Positions 37,400 through 49,432 of a stretch of 64,000 bases of DNA are shown piece by piece. The stretch lies in contig MCFE01000398.1 in NCBI GenBank assembly GCA_002104905.1, positions 1 to 64,000 of the forward strand. The letters run 5' to 3'. Each line of letters begins with the position of its first letter. Within the stretch, counting starts at the first letter, position 1. The position numbers and the translations under genes were made by a program. The DNA comes from Basidiobolus meristosporus CBS 931.73 (taxonomy: Eukaryota > Fungi > Basidiobolomycota). A model generated the notes under the pieces. That model saw nothing but the letters and a program-made list of their open reading frames with translations, had not been told where the DNA came from and did not search any database.

Positions 37400-39395
37400 G
37401 AAGACAAGCAAGTAGCCATCCTAACATCACCACCACCCATATTAGCAAGTATGTTGTCAGCTCATACCAAAGCATTAATGAAGCAATTAGGTGCAGTGGC
37501 TGATAGGATAGATGCAATGGCCCAGAGAAATCAGGAAATAGTCCAGAAACAGGATGAGCAGATAATATGTGTAGAGCAATCAATATCCCAGGTAGAGAAA
37601 GCAGTATCTTTGCTGCAAAGAAGGAATTCAAGTAGCTCAATGTCACAGCCAAGAGTTGAGCCATTCCCCAATGTAACAGCAGAGGAACACTGCACAGTCT
37701 TTGAAGCACAGCAACAGTACCCAAAGATAAAGCCCATAGAAAAACCTATCACAGTGTGGGAGGGAGACAATGTGGTGTTTATACCAAAGCCCAAAAATTA
37801 AAAGACATTGAAGAATCATAAAGCTGTTTAGTGCAATAATTAAGAGTGGGCTAATATTCAAGAGGCCATCAGAAGTCTAGCACACCATAATCTTAAGGCC
37901 AGCATACCATGGGACCATTAGGAACTCAAGGCCAAGCAGAATGCACTTGACATATTCCACAAGCATTATCCTGGATTCAAATGGGCAAATGGATTTTGGG
38001 CCCGCATTGGTATGCTAAGAAATTATCTTAAGAATAGCAGAAACTATCAAAGGCAGAAGAACAAGGGTGTCATGGCTAAAAACCATCAGCTTCCTCAAGA
38101 GCCTGTTACAAGCAGGGCTGAAAGCTCCAGACAAGCATCAAAGAAACATCAGGTAGCTGGAAGAGTGCCAATTAGGGCAAGCAGGCAGACATGAATGCAC
38201 CAGCACAACATTTATCAAAGAAAAAGCGTAGTACCACTCCAGAAGCACTCAGTCAAAGTAGCAGTGAAGGACCTGGCAGTGATAAAAACCGGTGACTTCT
38301 ACAGGAGCCTGTCACAACTACAGTTGAGAGCTTGAAATAAGCGGAAAAGAAACATCAGGTTGCTAGAAGAGTGCCAGCAAGGGACAAGCAGGCCAAAAAG
38401 ATGTGTCAGAGCAGAATTTATCAAGGAGAAAATGTAGTTCATTGCAAGAAGCACTCAGACTAAGTAGCAGTGAAAGACCTGGCAGTGATAAAGGAAAAGA
38501 TAAAGGGAGAAATGTCTACCCACACCTGAGACAGGGAAGCACGCAAAAAAAAACTGCAGTTCACGACAATTAATGTTGCAAGCCTGGAACAGACTGAATC
38601 CCATCATAGCCAAGAAGAATTACCAACAAGAAAACAGCTGTTCTTACAAGAGCTGGAAGTGCAGCCAGTTGAGCTACACTCCAGCAAGGTAGATGAGTTT
38701 GCAGAAAAAGGCAATTCATCTACCACAGCCTCCACATCCTCTATTGTTGACAGAATGGAGATCCCACTGACAGACAAAGCTACAATGTCAAGAACTTGAA
38801 AGACTATCACATTGCCTTCAGTAGAATTTTGGAACATTAATAGGCACACCAAGAGGTTTCAGTACTTCTTCAAGAGCAGTGCTGAAGAAAACGCACTTGA
38901 ATATTGCAAGGATATATTGTAAAGACTGGCAGATGAGGTGCTAGACCCTACAGTGCCAGCAGAAGACCAGGACATGTGGGAACCAGTGAATGAACAGTGG
39001 CATAAAGCCATTAGGCTCCTGCCAAAGTTGTGGAACCAGAGCATCACATCAGAAATACTTTTTGAGTGGTGGATTTTAATGGATTTACTTGTTGAGTGTG
39101 GGGTTGGGCTTAATGTTAGTTTAGGGTATAGGGACTTGTATAGGTCAATACAATTGGCAATTGAGGTACAACTGAAGTTTCAATGGATATAAATCAACTC
39201 ATACATATGAAAAGTAAGAGAAACAGTTGAGTCAGGAAGTAGGGTTAGGGTTAGGGTTACAAATGTAGGAGGTGATAGAGTGTCTGGGATCAGAAAGTGA
39301 GCAAATTGGCAGGGAATTAATCAAAAGCTACTTATATATTGTTGTGATGAAAAATTTTGACCAATTTTTTTGTGAAATCTGGGGTTCAATTCTTA
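37400..39395 (+). pseudogene. Further copy of CMC element ORF2 and its 3' region
   Basis: Aligns with 30600-32640 (MLSAHTKALMKQLGAVADRIDAM...; ...SIQLAIEVQLKFQ). Confidence 0.9.
39240..39259 (+). repeat. Short interstitial telomeric repeat TAGGG(TTAGGG)2TTA
   Basis: Direct reading; replaces about 36 bp present in the sister copy at 32461-32496. Confidence 0.85.
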
Positions 39396-39403
39396 CAACA
39401 ATT

Positions 39404-39500
39404 TCTAGATAATCAAGGTTGTATAAAACTAGGTAGAAATCCAGGTTTTCATGCTAAAACTAGGCACATAGATATTAGACATCATTTCATACAAAACTCT
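39404..39500 (+). pseudogene. About 100-bp Ty1/copia RNase H fragment
   Basis: DNQGCIKLGRNPGFHAKTRHIDIRHHFI matches the copia RNase H motif DNQ.AI.LA.NP.FH.RTKHIDI.YHFI. Confidence 0.85.
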
Positions 39501-39935
39501 ATAATAGTAAGTACCTATACAAGCGCCAGTGGCGCAAAGCATCGGGACACTTCAGCCAGGTAGACATGATATTTCAGATCCATAGTGCATTGGTTTGCCA
39601 AAAAGTCGGGAGATTTGTTGAGTAGTGGTGCGACCTGTTGCTCCATTGAAACCGGCGATGCTCCACATATGAATAAAAACTAGGAATTCGGATGTGCGTG
39701 GCACCTGAACCATGCATCAGCAGTCAGGTCACACCAGTAGATCAGAGATCCATAATTGGTGGAATGTAACCTTCGTGAATACAGCATCGTTGGGTCATGG
39801 TGAAAGCTCGGGGGAATGCGCCCAATTATGGTCAATTTATTGTGGATATGAGGGAGGGGAGCGATGGATTATTTGAGGGAGGACAAGGGACAGATGTTGT
39901 GTGTATGTGAGGATGCGCCAGAGTCTAGAGCCAAG

Positions 39936-41843
39936 CTACCCGCTGGAAAGCAGGACATCTTTCAGCACCAGCAGGGCCTTGTCCCTCACTTCGAACCACC
40001 TCTCGCCATGACCGAGGACCTTTGGGCGGCCCGAGAGGGCCCCATCATGATTGATCCAGGTGAGGATCTCCTTGATGTACTCCTGTTCCAAGTCCGAGCC
40101 GAGGGCGTGAAATTCCCTACCGGGGCCCTTGCGCTCTAATCGGGATTGCCATTCGCGGCGCATCTCCGACTCGCTGGGAACCTTGGCCTGTAACGCGTAG
40201 ACCCTGGACACCGCGTACGCCTGGAACTCGAACAACGAGAAGGTCGCGATGTGAAAGGGGATCCCGACGAAGCTGAGGGTGGGATTGGGGATGTAGAAGA
40301 TATCCTTGTGCAGGTTGAACACCTGATCCCCACCGGTGACCAACACCTTGTCCGGGCTGGGGGCGCGACCGCCTCTCGTGGCGTTGATGTGAGGGTCGTC
40401 GTGGAGCTCTTCCAGGAAGTGGAAGTTGAACACGTACCCGGTGCATATGATGATCTGGTCCACCCCGGTGATGGATTTCCCATCCTGAAACTTGATCACC
40501 GCTTTCCTCGGGTCCTTCGGGGACTCCTTGGAGAACCGGATCTCTTTGACCGCGCCCACTCGCTGGGTCTTCTTGGGCATCAATTTGGCGAACTCCTCTC
40601 TCAGGGCCTTGTACTTCTCGTCATATTGATGCTCGCTCTCGCGCACGGACTGATACAGATCCCCGGTGTACCGACTGATATCTCGCGAGATGTCCATGGC
40701 GGAGGTACCGTTCCCAATGACCAGGACGTTCTGGACCAGATCGGTGGTTAGCACGAAGTAAGATCAACCCCATTGGGAGGAATCCCATACCTTTCCCCCA
40801 AATCCCTGAGGGGTTCTGTACTGTTTGGAGTGGATGATGGACCCTGGGTACCTCTGATTCCACTCCACAATACCCGGAAGGCTCGGGATGTAGGGCACAT
40901 GGTAGTGCCCGGTGGCAATAACGACGGCATCGAATTTCTGCCCGACTCAGATTAGTCCATCTTATCTCCGTGGCGAAGTCACCTTGAACCTACCTCCTCT
41001 CGCCAGGTGATCTTAGCATAAGATTGGCCATCCTTCTCCTCAATTTCCAGGTGTTTGGTGAGGACGTTCCAGCCCTGCCGCCGAGGCAGCTCCTCGAGTC
41101 TCTCCAAAGATGCACCGTACTCGGTGATCTCGTCGAGGTGGAAGTGGGCGGCGTAATCCTGGAGATACTGGCAGATGACATCGTGGGACGTGAACCATGG
41201 CTTCGAGAAATTCGGTGAGTACTCTATGGCTCTTTGCCAGCAAGGCTTTGTTGAGGTGAGTTACCGTATCCTTCGGCCATTCGAAGTCCTTGTATTGGAT
41301 CAACGGTGTGGCGACGTTGTTTCTCAGGGATTGATAGCAGGGGGAGGGAGGCCTGTGACGTAGAAGCTCGCTTTGGCCTTCCGGTGTGTTCAGTGAAATG
41401 TGTTCGGTGTATGGAAGCGATGTGCCTGCCGGCGGGAGACTGACGGAAACCCCACTGGTTGGAAGCTCGGTGGGGAATCTCGGCTTCAAAGGAGGCTGTG
41501 ATTCATAAATCCTGCAGCGATGTTGGCATGTCAATTGACCAAAGGATATCCGTGACCTAATATACTGACCATGTACCCCCAGCCGCATAGTTTCTCTCAA
41601 ATATCTTCACCTCCAGGCCTTCCTCTTTCAGGAGCTTAGCGGTTGGCAACTGATATTGGGTTAGTAGGTAACTCCCTGGTCTAGGAAGAATGTACGTACC
41701 CCAGCAGAGCCCGCACCAATGACGGCAACCTTTCGAATTGGGGAAGGGAACTGGAAGGCGTCCTCACGGGGCTTTTCCAGAAGTGGGTGCAGCACCTGGT
41801 CTGGCTTCCATTCACGCTTTGTGGCTATTTCTTGGATAGGCAT
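39936..41843 (-). CDS. Flavin-containing monooxygenase (fungal FMO / thiol-specific monooxygenase-like), 6 exons
   Basis: VAVIGAGSAG (FAD), FERNYAAGGTW, DAVVIATGHY, YPGSIIHSKQY (FMO fingerprint), VLVIGNGTSAMD (NADPH), CTGY; five GT-AG introns of about 50-65 nt join these in frame. Confidence 0.95.
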
Positions 41844-42288
41844 GGTTTATGAGGGTTGTAATGCGCGGGGTTCTCTTATATACGTCGGATTGGATGATAC
41901 CATCGGTTCGAGGAATGGCGCTAATCCTAATCTACGCCCTGACCTACGCCTGATGATTGCTCACCAAGATCTGAATTCGCTAGGTCGTACAAGGGAGGAG
42001 GTAGATTCCCTGTTAATTCGTACGCATAGTCCCGGCACCTTGGGCAACTGATCGACGAGATCTCATCACTGATGGTCCCCTCTTTTTCCTGGCTGGCAAC
42101 ACAGAAATTCGCCAGACTTTGCGGTGACAAAACCCGCATTGGCCTTGCTTTTGGATCTCCATTATGAACGATGTCCATGACGATGACGACTTGGATGTAG
42201 ATGATAACGGTGATGGTGATGGTGGGGTGCAAACGGACTTTATTGAATTTCATGAAGATTCATTTCAGATGACACGAGCGATCGAGGG

Positions 42289-43617
42289 TCACAACCCGGA
42301 TAAGGTGGTTGGCTCAAGAGGAAAGACCTCGTCCCTTTCTTTGTGATAGATCTTGTTCCACACGGGCTCCAGCTGCTTTGGAAGCTTCCAGGCGTTCTCG
42401 GGATGAAGCCATAGGCGAAGGAGATGACGTCTAGCAAGGGATCGGGTCAGTTTCACTTGGCAAGGGTTCAGCGGGCAGCCATACTTACTGTTTCTCCTCC
42501 GAGTCGGTGAAACCGTCGCGGGCATGGAAGATGGAGAGGTTGTTGATGTACTGAATGTCCCCTTTCTGGAAATCCACCCCTAGGTTGTACTTCTCGGCGA
42601 TGTAGTGAAGGGCGTCCAACGCTTCTGCCTGGGCCTCGGTGATCGGGGGGATGTCGTCACGGCGGGGGTTTTTCCCGAACCCGGTGAAGCTTCGACGAGC
42701 GTATTGGATGATGAGATTGTTCTCGACGTAGTAGAGAAGGGGGCGCTGGTAATAGCCTGGCTCGCCTTCCTTGGCGAAATCACTAGAGCACACCAAGATC
42801 AGTAGGGTTGTCGTGTCGATCGTAGGTAAGCAACTCACTCTTGGAACGCCCAATTGGAAGCCAGGGTTTCAATCAAATCCGGTCTCTCTCTAGCCAGTTC
42901 ATTGTAAACAGTCCAACTGGAGGCAATTCTGGATTTCCCTCCTTCAGCCGCGACACCGACCGCGAACAAGGAGATAATATCTCCGATGTCTGTGTGGTAA
43001 ACCTGATGGTCGTTGGTGTATGCTGGGGCAATGATGTCATCAAGCCCTTTCTTGGGCACCAAATCCTTGATGTGTGCTGCAGAGACATGGTGTGAGCCAC
43101 TGGTTTCGAATCTCACATTGAACCATCACTTACCGAGCACATGTCTGCCTTGAAGGCCGCGCTTACCGATATGAGCGGAAGTGCCTGCATAGGCAATCAC
43201 CTGCTGCTCACGGGAATATTGGTCAGGGTTGATCCCCCTAACCACCAAGAATCCACGTCCATCCACCACCTCGTCTTCAACCAGTTTCTTGAGTTTGGGA
43301 CCTAGGTTGGGAAGTGGGAAGGTGTCCTTCTGGATGGCACTCAGCGGTTTTCCGGTGGCCTCGAAATCCTTGACGGCGTTGTCAATTTCCAAGAGCTCCT
43401 CCTCAGTAAGATTGTACACCCACTGCTCCTCTTTGCCTTCATAATCACTCCCCGTCCATAGCTTCGGGCCCTCCAACTGTTCAGGGAATCCCTCGGGGAG
43501 TTCGCGGGTCAGTTGCTCCTCGGCCAAACGACGCTCGGTGCGCTCCTTCCAGTTCTTGCGATCAGGAAGATAAGTAATGTTGGGTTGGCTGCTGTTTTTG
43601 ATTTGGATGGTAGGCAT
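42289..43617 (-). CDS. TauD/TfdA (clavaminate synthase-like) Fe(II)/2-oxoglutarate dioxygenase, 4 exons
   Basis: GRGFLVVRG, YHTD (HxD), GDIQYINNLSIFHARDGF (distal His), RHLLRLWL; three GT-AG introns restore one frame. Confidence 0.94.
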
Positions 43618-44171
43618 GGTAGAAGATGGCCTGAACAAGGCACGCAGTTGCGGCAACTTATAGCCCCATGAGATTGCTCCATGATGGCATTTAGGCGTTT
43701 GTTGGCGTGATGAAGGCTGACTAATTTAAACAATTCAAGCGCATGTTCGAAGATGACAACATACAGGTTCTCTCCGAGAATGCGAATTCTTCGGAACAAT
43801 CACCATCCACGAAGGTTCAGGCTAAGGATGAGCCCCCTAATCAGCATCTTGACCTGGAGGCCCATACTACATAGCGCCATCGAATATCGTCTTTTGGTTG
43901 TGGATGGTACAATCAGGGTGGTACCAAGCAGTGTTGTCAACCCATTCTCTCATTTGGTGATTGGCCAATTAAGTGACGACTCAGTTTGGTTCGGTTAGAC
44001 GGGATGTTGTTAGACGGGTTGTTGGGTTGATGGTGATGCATTTCTCAGGGTGTCATCGAGAATGGCGGGATATATTGTGCAAGAGCGAAAACTATTTAGA
44101 CCCGATCCATCTCGAAGTCACTCATCACTCGCTCCGATACCAGCATCTTTCCCCCACCCACACACTCGAAC

Positions 44172-45928
44172 ATGTCTAGCTCCAACCATGACAAAGCGCA
44201 ACCCACACAAGTGGACCGACTGGCTCCTTTGGCTGTAGGGGGTAAGAAATACGTGCGGGAACATCGCGACGTCGCTTGCTAACAGAAAGTGCCTTAGATC
44301 AGAAACTGAACCGCCATTTGGGCTACTTCAGCGGAACAATGATGAACGGTAAGAAATTCGACTCATCTCCAAAGCACTGGCACTAACAACCTCTAAGTGG
44401 GCCAGATTATTGGCACTGGGATTTTCTCTAACCCAGCCCTCATCCTCCAGAACTGTGGTTCGGGTGGCATGATGCTGATTTTGTGGATTATAGGGGCAAT
44501 CTTCGCAGCATGCGGGGTATGGTCGTACCTTGAATTGGGCACCATGCTCCCGCGAAGCGGCGGGGAAAAGGAGTATTTGGCCTACCAATTCCCCAATCCC
44601 AAGCACCTGGTTTCCTTCGTCTTCCTGATCACCATCGGGGTCTTTGGTCGTGGCTCCGGAATTGCCCAAGGAGCCACGGTCTTTGGCAACAACATCATCT
44701 ACGCCATCGGTGGGCCCACATACACTAGCCCGTGGGGAGCCCGAGGCTTTGCCGTATTCTGCGTGACCTTCTGGATCATCCTGAACATCATCTCGGCAAA
44801 GTGGGCCATCAAGTTTAACAACTTCTTCACCGTGTTGAAGATCGCACTTCTGATCCTGCTGATCGGGGTTGGGTTCGCCGGGCTTGCCGGTAGCCTCCCT
44901 GACCAGCCCAATCTGAGAGAGAACTTCTCGTTCAACAACACCAACACTAACGCTGGCTCGTACGCTAACGCGATCTACTACGTGATCTTCGCATATGGCG
45001 GATGGTACAACCTTAACTACGTCCTGGATGAATTGAAAGACCCCATCAAGAATTTGCCCCGGTGCGCAGTCTCAGCCCTGTCCCTGACCACCCTTTTGTA
45101 TCTCTTGGCCAACATCGCCTATCTCGCCGTTCTCCCGATCTCCGTCATCGAGAGCTCCAACCTAACTGTCGCGGCGAATCTCTTCAACAAGCCTTCGGGG
45201 GCATCTTCGGCTCGAAGATTCTACCAGTGTTCGTCGGGCTGTCGTCATTCGGGTTCGTTGGTGTGGTCACTTACTCTGGTTCTCGGGTGATTCTGGAGGC
45301 CGCCCGTCAAGGGTATCTACCGTATGACCGGTTCTTCGCCGCAACCCACTCCAAACTTCATACACCCATCAATTCCCTGGCCTTGCTGTACGTGATCTCG
45401 TTGATCTTCATGCTGGCTCCGCCACCGGGCTCGGTGTTTCAGTTCATCATCGCGTTCGCTGGTTATGGAAGTTATTTCTTCGCCGCGCTCTCGGTCATCG
45501 GATTGCTACTGTTACGCAGATGGGAGCCACACAACAACCGGCCTATCCGGGTGCCGATCGGTATGTACCTCCACAGTCCTACTGCATATCCCCATTCACT
45601 AAAGCTCCTTATTCTAGTTGCTGCGCTGACCTTCATCCTAGCCTGCTTCTACACGATGGTCTTCGTCTTTATCCCACCCACCAAGAAGCCTGCCGACTAC
45701 CCCTACTACCTTCCCTATCTGCTCTCGATCGTTCTGGGCATACTCTCCATCGGCCTTTGGTACATCAAGATGATCAAGAACGATGGCCTTGGCAACTCAT
45801 ACAACACTGAGATCCGGGATGCCGGAAGACAAGAACTCTACCAGGATGTCTTCGACGGACAACATGACAACATCAAGAGAGCAGAAAATGGCACGCATGT
45901 GGTGTTTGAGCACACGAACAAGTCCTAA
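44172..45928 (+). CDS. APC-superfamily amino-acid permease (LAT/Mup1-like), 4 exons, one apparent frameshift at about 45191
   Basis: LNRHLGYFSGTMMNVGQIIGTGIFSNP, ELGTMLPRSGGEKEYL, FAYGGWYNLNYVLDELKDP.KNLP, EAARQGYLP; multiple TM segments; in-frame 57-nt intron 45561-45617. Confidence 0.93.
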
Positions 45929-46241
45929 CCCCGCCTACCCAATACCCGCCTCGCTCATCATCTGTTCATAGTTTACCCACCCTCATCATTGTCTATAGGA
46001 GGCCTACATATATCCTGCTGAGTGGTTGCTAAAAATCCGCCCCATCGGCATCACTCCTGAATTCCTATTTCTTTGATTAAAGCACGTTTCCAATGAACAA
46101 ACCGTGTCTATGACATTCTCTATCGCGAACCAACCAGTGGATGTGGTTGGATTACGTATTGGGACCAAGGTTGGGTGCAGTATGAATTAATATTTATATG
46201 TCGAAAGCAGAGAACGGGTTGGTTGCGGCCAAGAACTTCGC

Positions 46242-48695
46242 TCAGTTCAAGGATGCCAAGTATTCTTGGTGAAGTTTCTTCTGGTTCTCGAACTCCTTGG
46301 TCAGCTTCTTGCGACGGCTTTTTGGCAGCTCTTCTCCGTTGATATCATGAGTGGGGAATCCCTAAAAAACGCTCGACCAGTTAGCACGGGGCATATCTCG
46401 TTTGGAGTCACATGTGCTTACCTCTTCGTCGTATTGACCGAACAATCCCTGGTATTCGCCCTGCTTGAACATCACTTCGGGGGCCAACTTACCCTTGGCG
46501 AGCTTTTCTTGACGCTTGAGCTCTTGGGCCTTCTGGAGAGCGGCTTTCTTGGCCGCCTTCTCCTGCTCTCTTTGCTTCTTGAACTCTCTGGCGCGGATGA
46601 GTTCCTCGCGGTCCACGAGCTTGACCAAGGCTCTGCCATCCTCTTGGTCGTCAAGGGCAACTCCCAGCTCCACCATGTCGTCGTCACGAAGCTTGTCGCT
46701 TAGAACCAAGAACTCTGAGTGAGGCTTCTGGTTTCTGGCCATCTCGCGAACGTTGTCACGGAATCTGGATAGGGAACGAAGATAAGGCATCACCATTTCT
46801 TCGGCGTTAGCAACCCCTTGACCGGAGGAACCGAAGCCGATCAATTGACCGTCATCGGCAAGTCCGAATGACTTCATGATACGAGTGATGTACTTGGCGA
46901 TCTTCTCCACCACTGGCACGTTGATCTTGTTACGGCCGGCAGAAATGTAGATGTTGGTCTTGTTAATAAGATCAAGCAGCTCTTGGATCGCGTCAGGAGT
47001 GTTGATGGAGTCACAGAGAGCGGCGTGAACCTTGCCCTGCTTTTCGCTGAGATAGGCCAGCATGTCTCTTTCGGCGTCACGGAAACGGTGGGTGCCGTCG
47101 GATTCACTGGCGTGAAGGCGATACTCTTGGCTCAGTGCCTTGACATTGGCGAAGAAGTTGTTGAAGCCGGATTCGATGCTGACTGCCTCGTTCATGGAGC
47201 TGATCTTGTAGTCGATCTTGCTGTCCCACTGATGAAGCAAAAAGAACAGACGGAGCTGCCTGGCGGTGTACTTCTCAAGGGCCTCGCGAATGGTGATGAA
47301 GTTCTTCAAAGACTTGGACATCTTTTGTCCTTCGATGTGCAAATGTCCAGGATGAAGGAAGTAGTTGACCCATTGCTTGCATCCATGATAGGCCTCGGAT
47401 TGGGCGAGTTCGTTGTCGTGATGTGGGAAAGCAAGATCAATTCCGCCAGAGTGAATATCCATGCATTGGCCTAACACTTCACTTGCCATTACTGAGCACT
47501 CGATGTGCCAGCCAGGACGGCCTTCGCCCCAAGGCGAGTTCCAAGCAGGCTCGCCTCTCTTGGATTTCTTCCAAAGGGCGAAATCGGAGGGATTCTTTTT
47601 GCCGGTGAGTTTTGCTCCGAGCGAGCCTTCACCCTCTTCGGTCAAAGCGGTGTTTCCAGCGGACCATGGCTGGAGCTTGGCATAGTAGTGCTCATCGTGG
47701 CCATCGAAAGCAGCGGTATCAAAGTACACGGAGCCATCAGCCTCGTAACCATAGCCATTGTCGATGATCTTCTGGACATACTCGACAATCTCGGGCACGT
47801 ACTCACTGACTCGAGTCAAAACATCACAGGGCTTCACGTTCAAAGCCTCCATATCCTTCATGTACTCACTTTCCCAGTGGGCGGCGAGGTCACGGAACAC
47901 CTTGGGATCGGTGACCGAATCTCCCTTCTCCTTGTCCAACCAAGCAGAGACGACATCTTGCGAGGCATCCAGGAGCTCGTCCGCCGACTCTTTGGTCTTA
48001 TCCCCGCCACTCAACGACTGCTTGGCCTTTTGGATGGCGTGGTAGGCACCTTTGATGGAAGTGAAATTCATGGGGAACTTGGGATCAGCGTCGGTGATTT
48101 CTTTAGCAGCAACCTTGGCTTCAAAAGCAGCCCAGTTTTTGGCAACTTCCGCGTCCAGATGACCAAACTTTGAGGTGGCATACGCTTCCCAGGCGGCTTG
48201 GACTTGCTCGATCACTTGCTGCTCCAACTGCTTAACTGAGGCTTTGTAAGTATCAAACAAGTGGTTTTGTCTGGCACGAAGGATGATCTTGTCGTCAATA
48301 TCCGTGATATTCATGACAAAGAGTACATCGAAGTTGAAGTAATCTTCCAAGATTCTTCTCAGAATGTCGATGGTGAGGTAAGTTCTGGCGTGGCCCATGT
48401 GAGAGGCATCATAGACGGTGGGTCCGCAGTTGTACCAAGTCAGGGTTTTTCCCGCCTGTGGGATAAGCTCGACCTTGCTTTTGGTCAGCGAGTTGTAGAG
48501 AGAAAGGACCGGCTGCTCGGGCTTTTGGGGGGTGAGCCACTTTGGGAGTGGTCTACCGGTGGAAGTGGTGGTACTCATTTTGGATAGCTGAACGTTTAGC
48601 CGTAACTGGGTTTTATAGGCCCGAGGTTTGAAGGAATGCAAGCTATAAAGTCGTGGGGAACTTCGCGAAAGGCTGCGAAATATAATCGAATTCAT
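46242..48695 (-). CDS. CARS: Cysteinyl-tRNA synthetase (cytosolic type with N-terminal presequence), 2 exons
   Basis: WYNCGPTVYDASHMGHARTY (HIGH), MNITDIDDKII, GRPGWHIECSVM, DIHSGGIDLAFPHHDNELAQ, GQKMSKSLKNF; intron 46362-46421; second in-frame ATG at 48578. Confidence 0.97.
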
Positions 48696-49432
48696 TGAGG
48701 CCTCTCTGTTTGAAGTAAGCTTGCTTGGGATTTTCCATTTTTTTTTTAGCCAATAAATTCTGCCAATAATCCAAATCACTCAGAGTGCTCCGAGATTTCA
48801 CCACCACGGCCAGCCTTGATTTCCGCAATTCCGGCAGCGGGTTGAGAGCAGGTTGCTGGTTAGCCTTGACAAAGGTGCCATGCAGGACGACTAAATATGC
48901 GTCACTTCTGCCCGCTAGGGATACAGGTGGATATGCTATGGCGCATAAGCTAATTGGCTTGCCCGTCTTTGTCAGTAATGCCCGCAGATGATTGACAAGT
49001 TCTATCCAATAAATCTTCTAGAAACACCGTTTACTTTGTTAGGCATTAAAATATCAAAGAACGCAGAAACGGTCACATTGTGGAAGGATTGTTTGCGAGG
49101 TTGCGGTATGTTGATTTCTAGACACCACGGCACCGAGGGTTTCAAGGTATTCCGACCGGCCATCAGCCATAAAGCCCACCTGTCCAGTGGCCAACGGATA
49201 AAAGAATGCCGCATTCATCTCCTCGAATTCCAACCACCGAACCTTAGATTCCATTTCAGGTATATCAACCAATCCAGATCTGGCACTGATCCATGAATGG
49301 TGCAAAGGCAGTTCAAAAGAAGTCCATTCATAACTTCGATTTGGGAGGTTTCATAAAAAACATCCAGTGGCCGGGCAGCGCAAGATGACATAAATATGCG
49401 GGCTGGACGATCGAATTGTGTGATTTTGTGCC

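Noticed and set aside
40117-40751. Overlapping ORFs on both strands over the last FMO exon
   Set aside because: GC-rich shadow frames of a clearly coding exon
46266-48587. Several + strand ORFs (145, 163, 222, 108 aa) opposite CysRS
   Set aside because: Antisense shadows; no start context or domain signal
48696-48779. Further 28-codon N-terminal extension of CysRS in the ORF track
   Set aside because: Starts at GTG, includes a poly-A tract, and is unnecessary given the ATG at 48695
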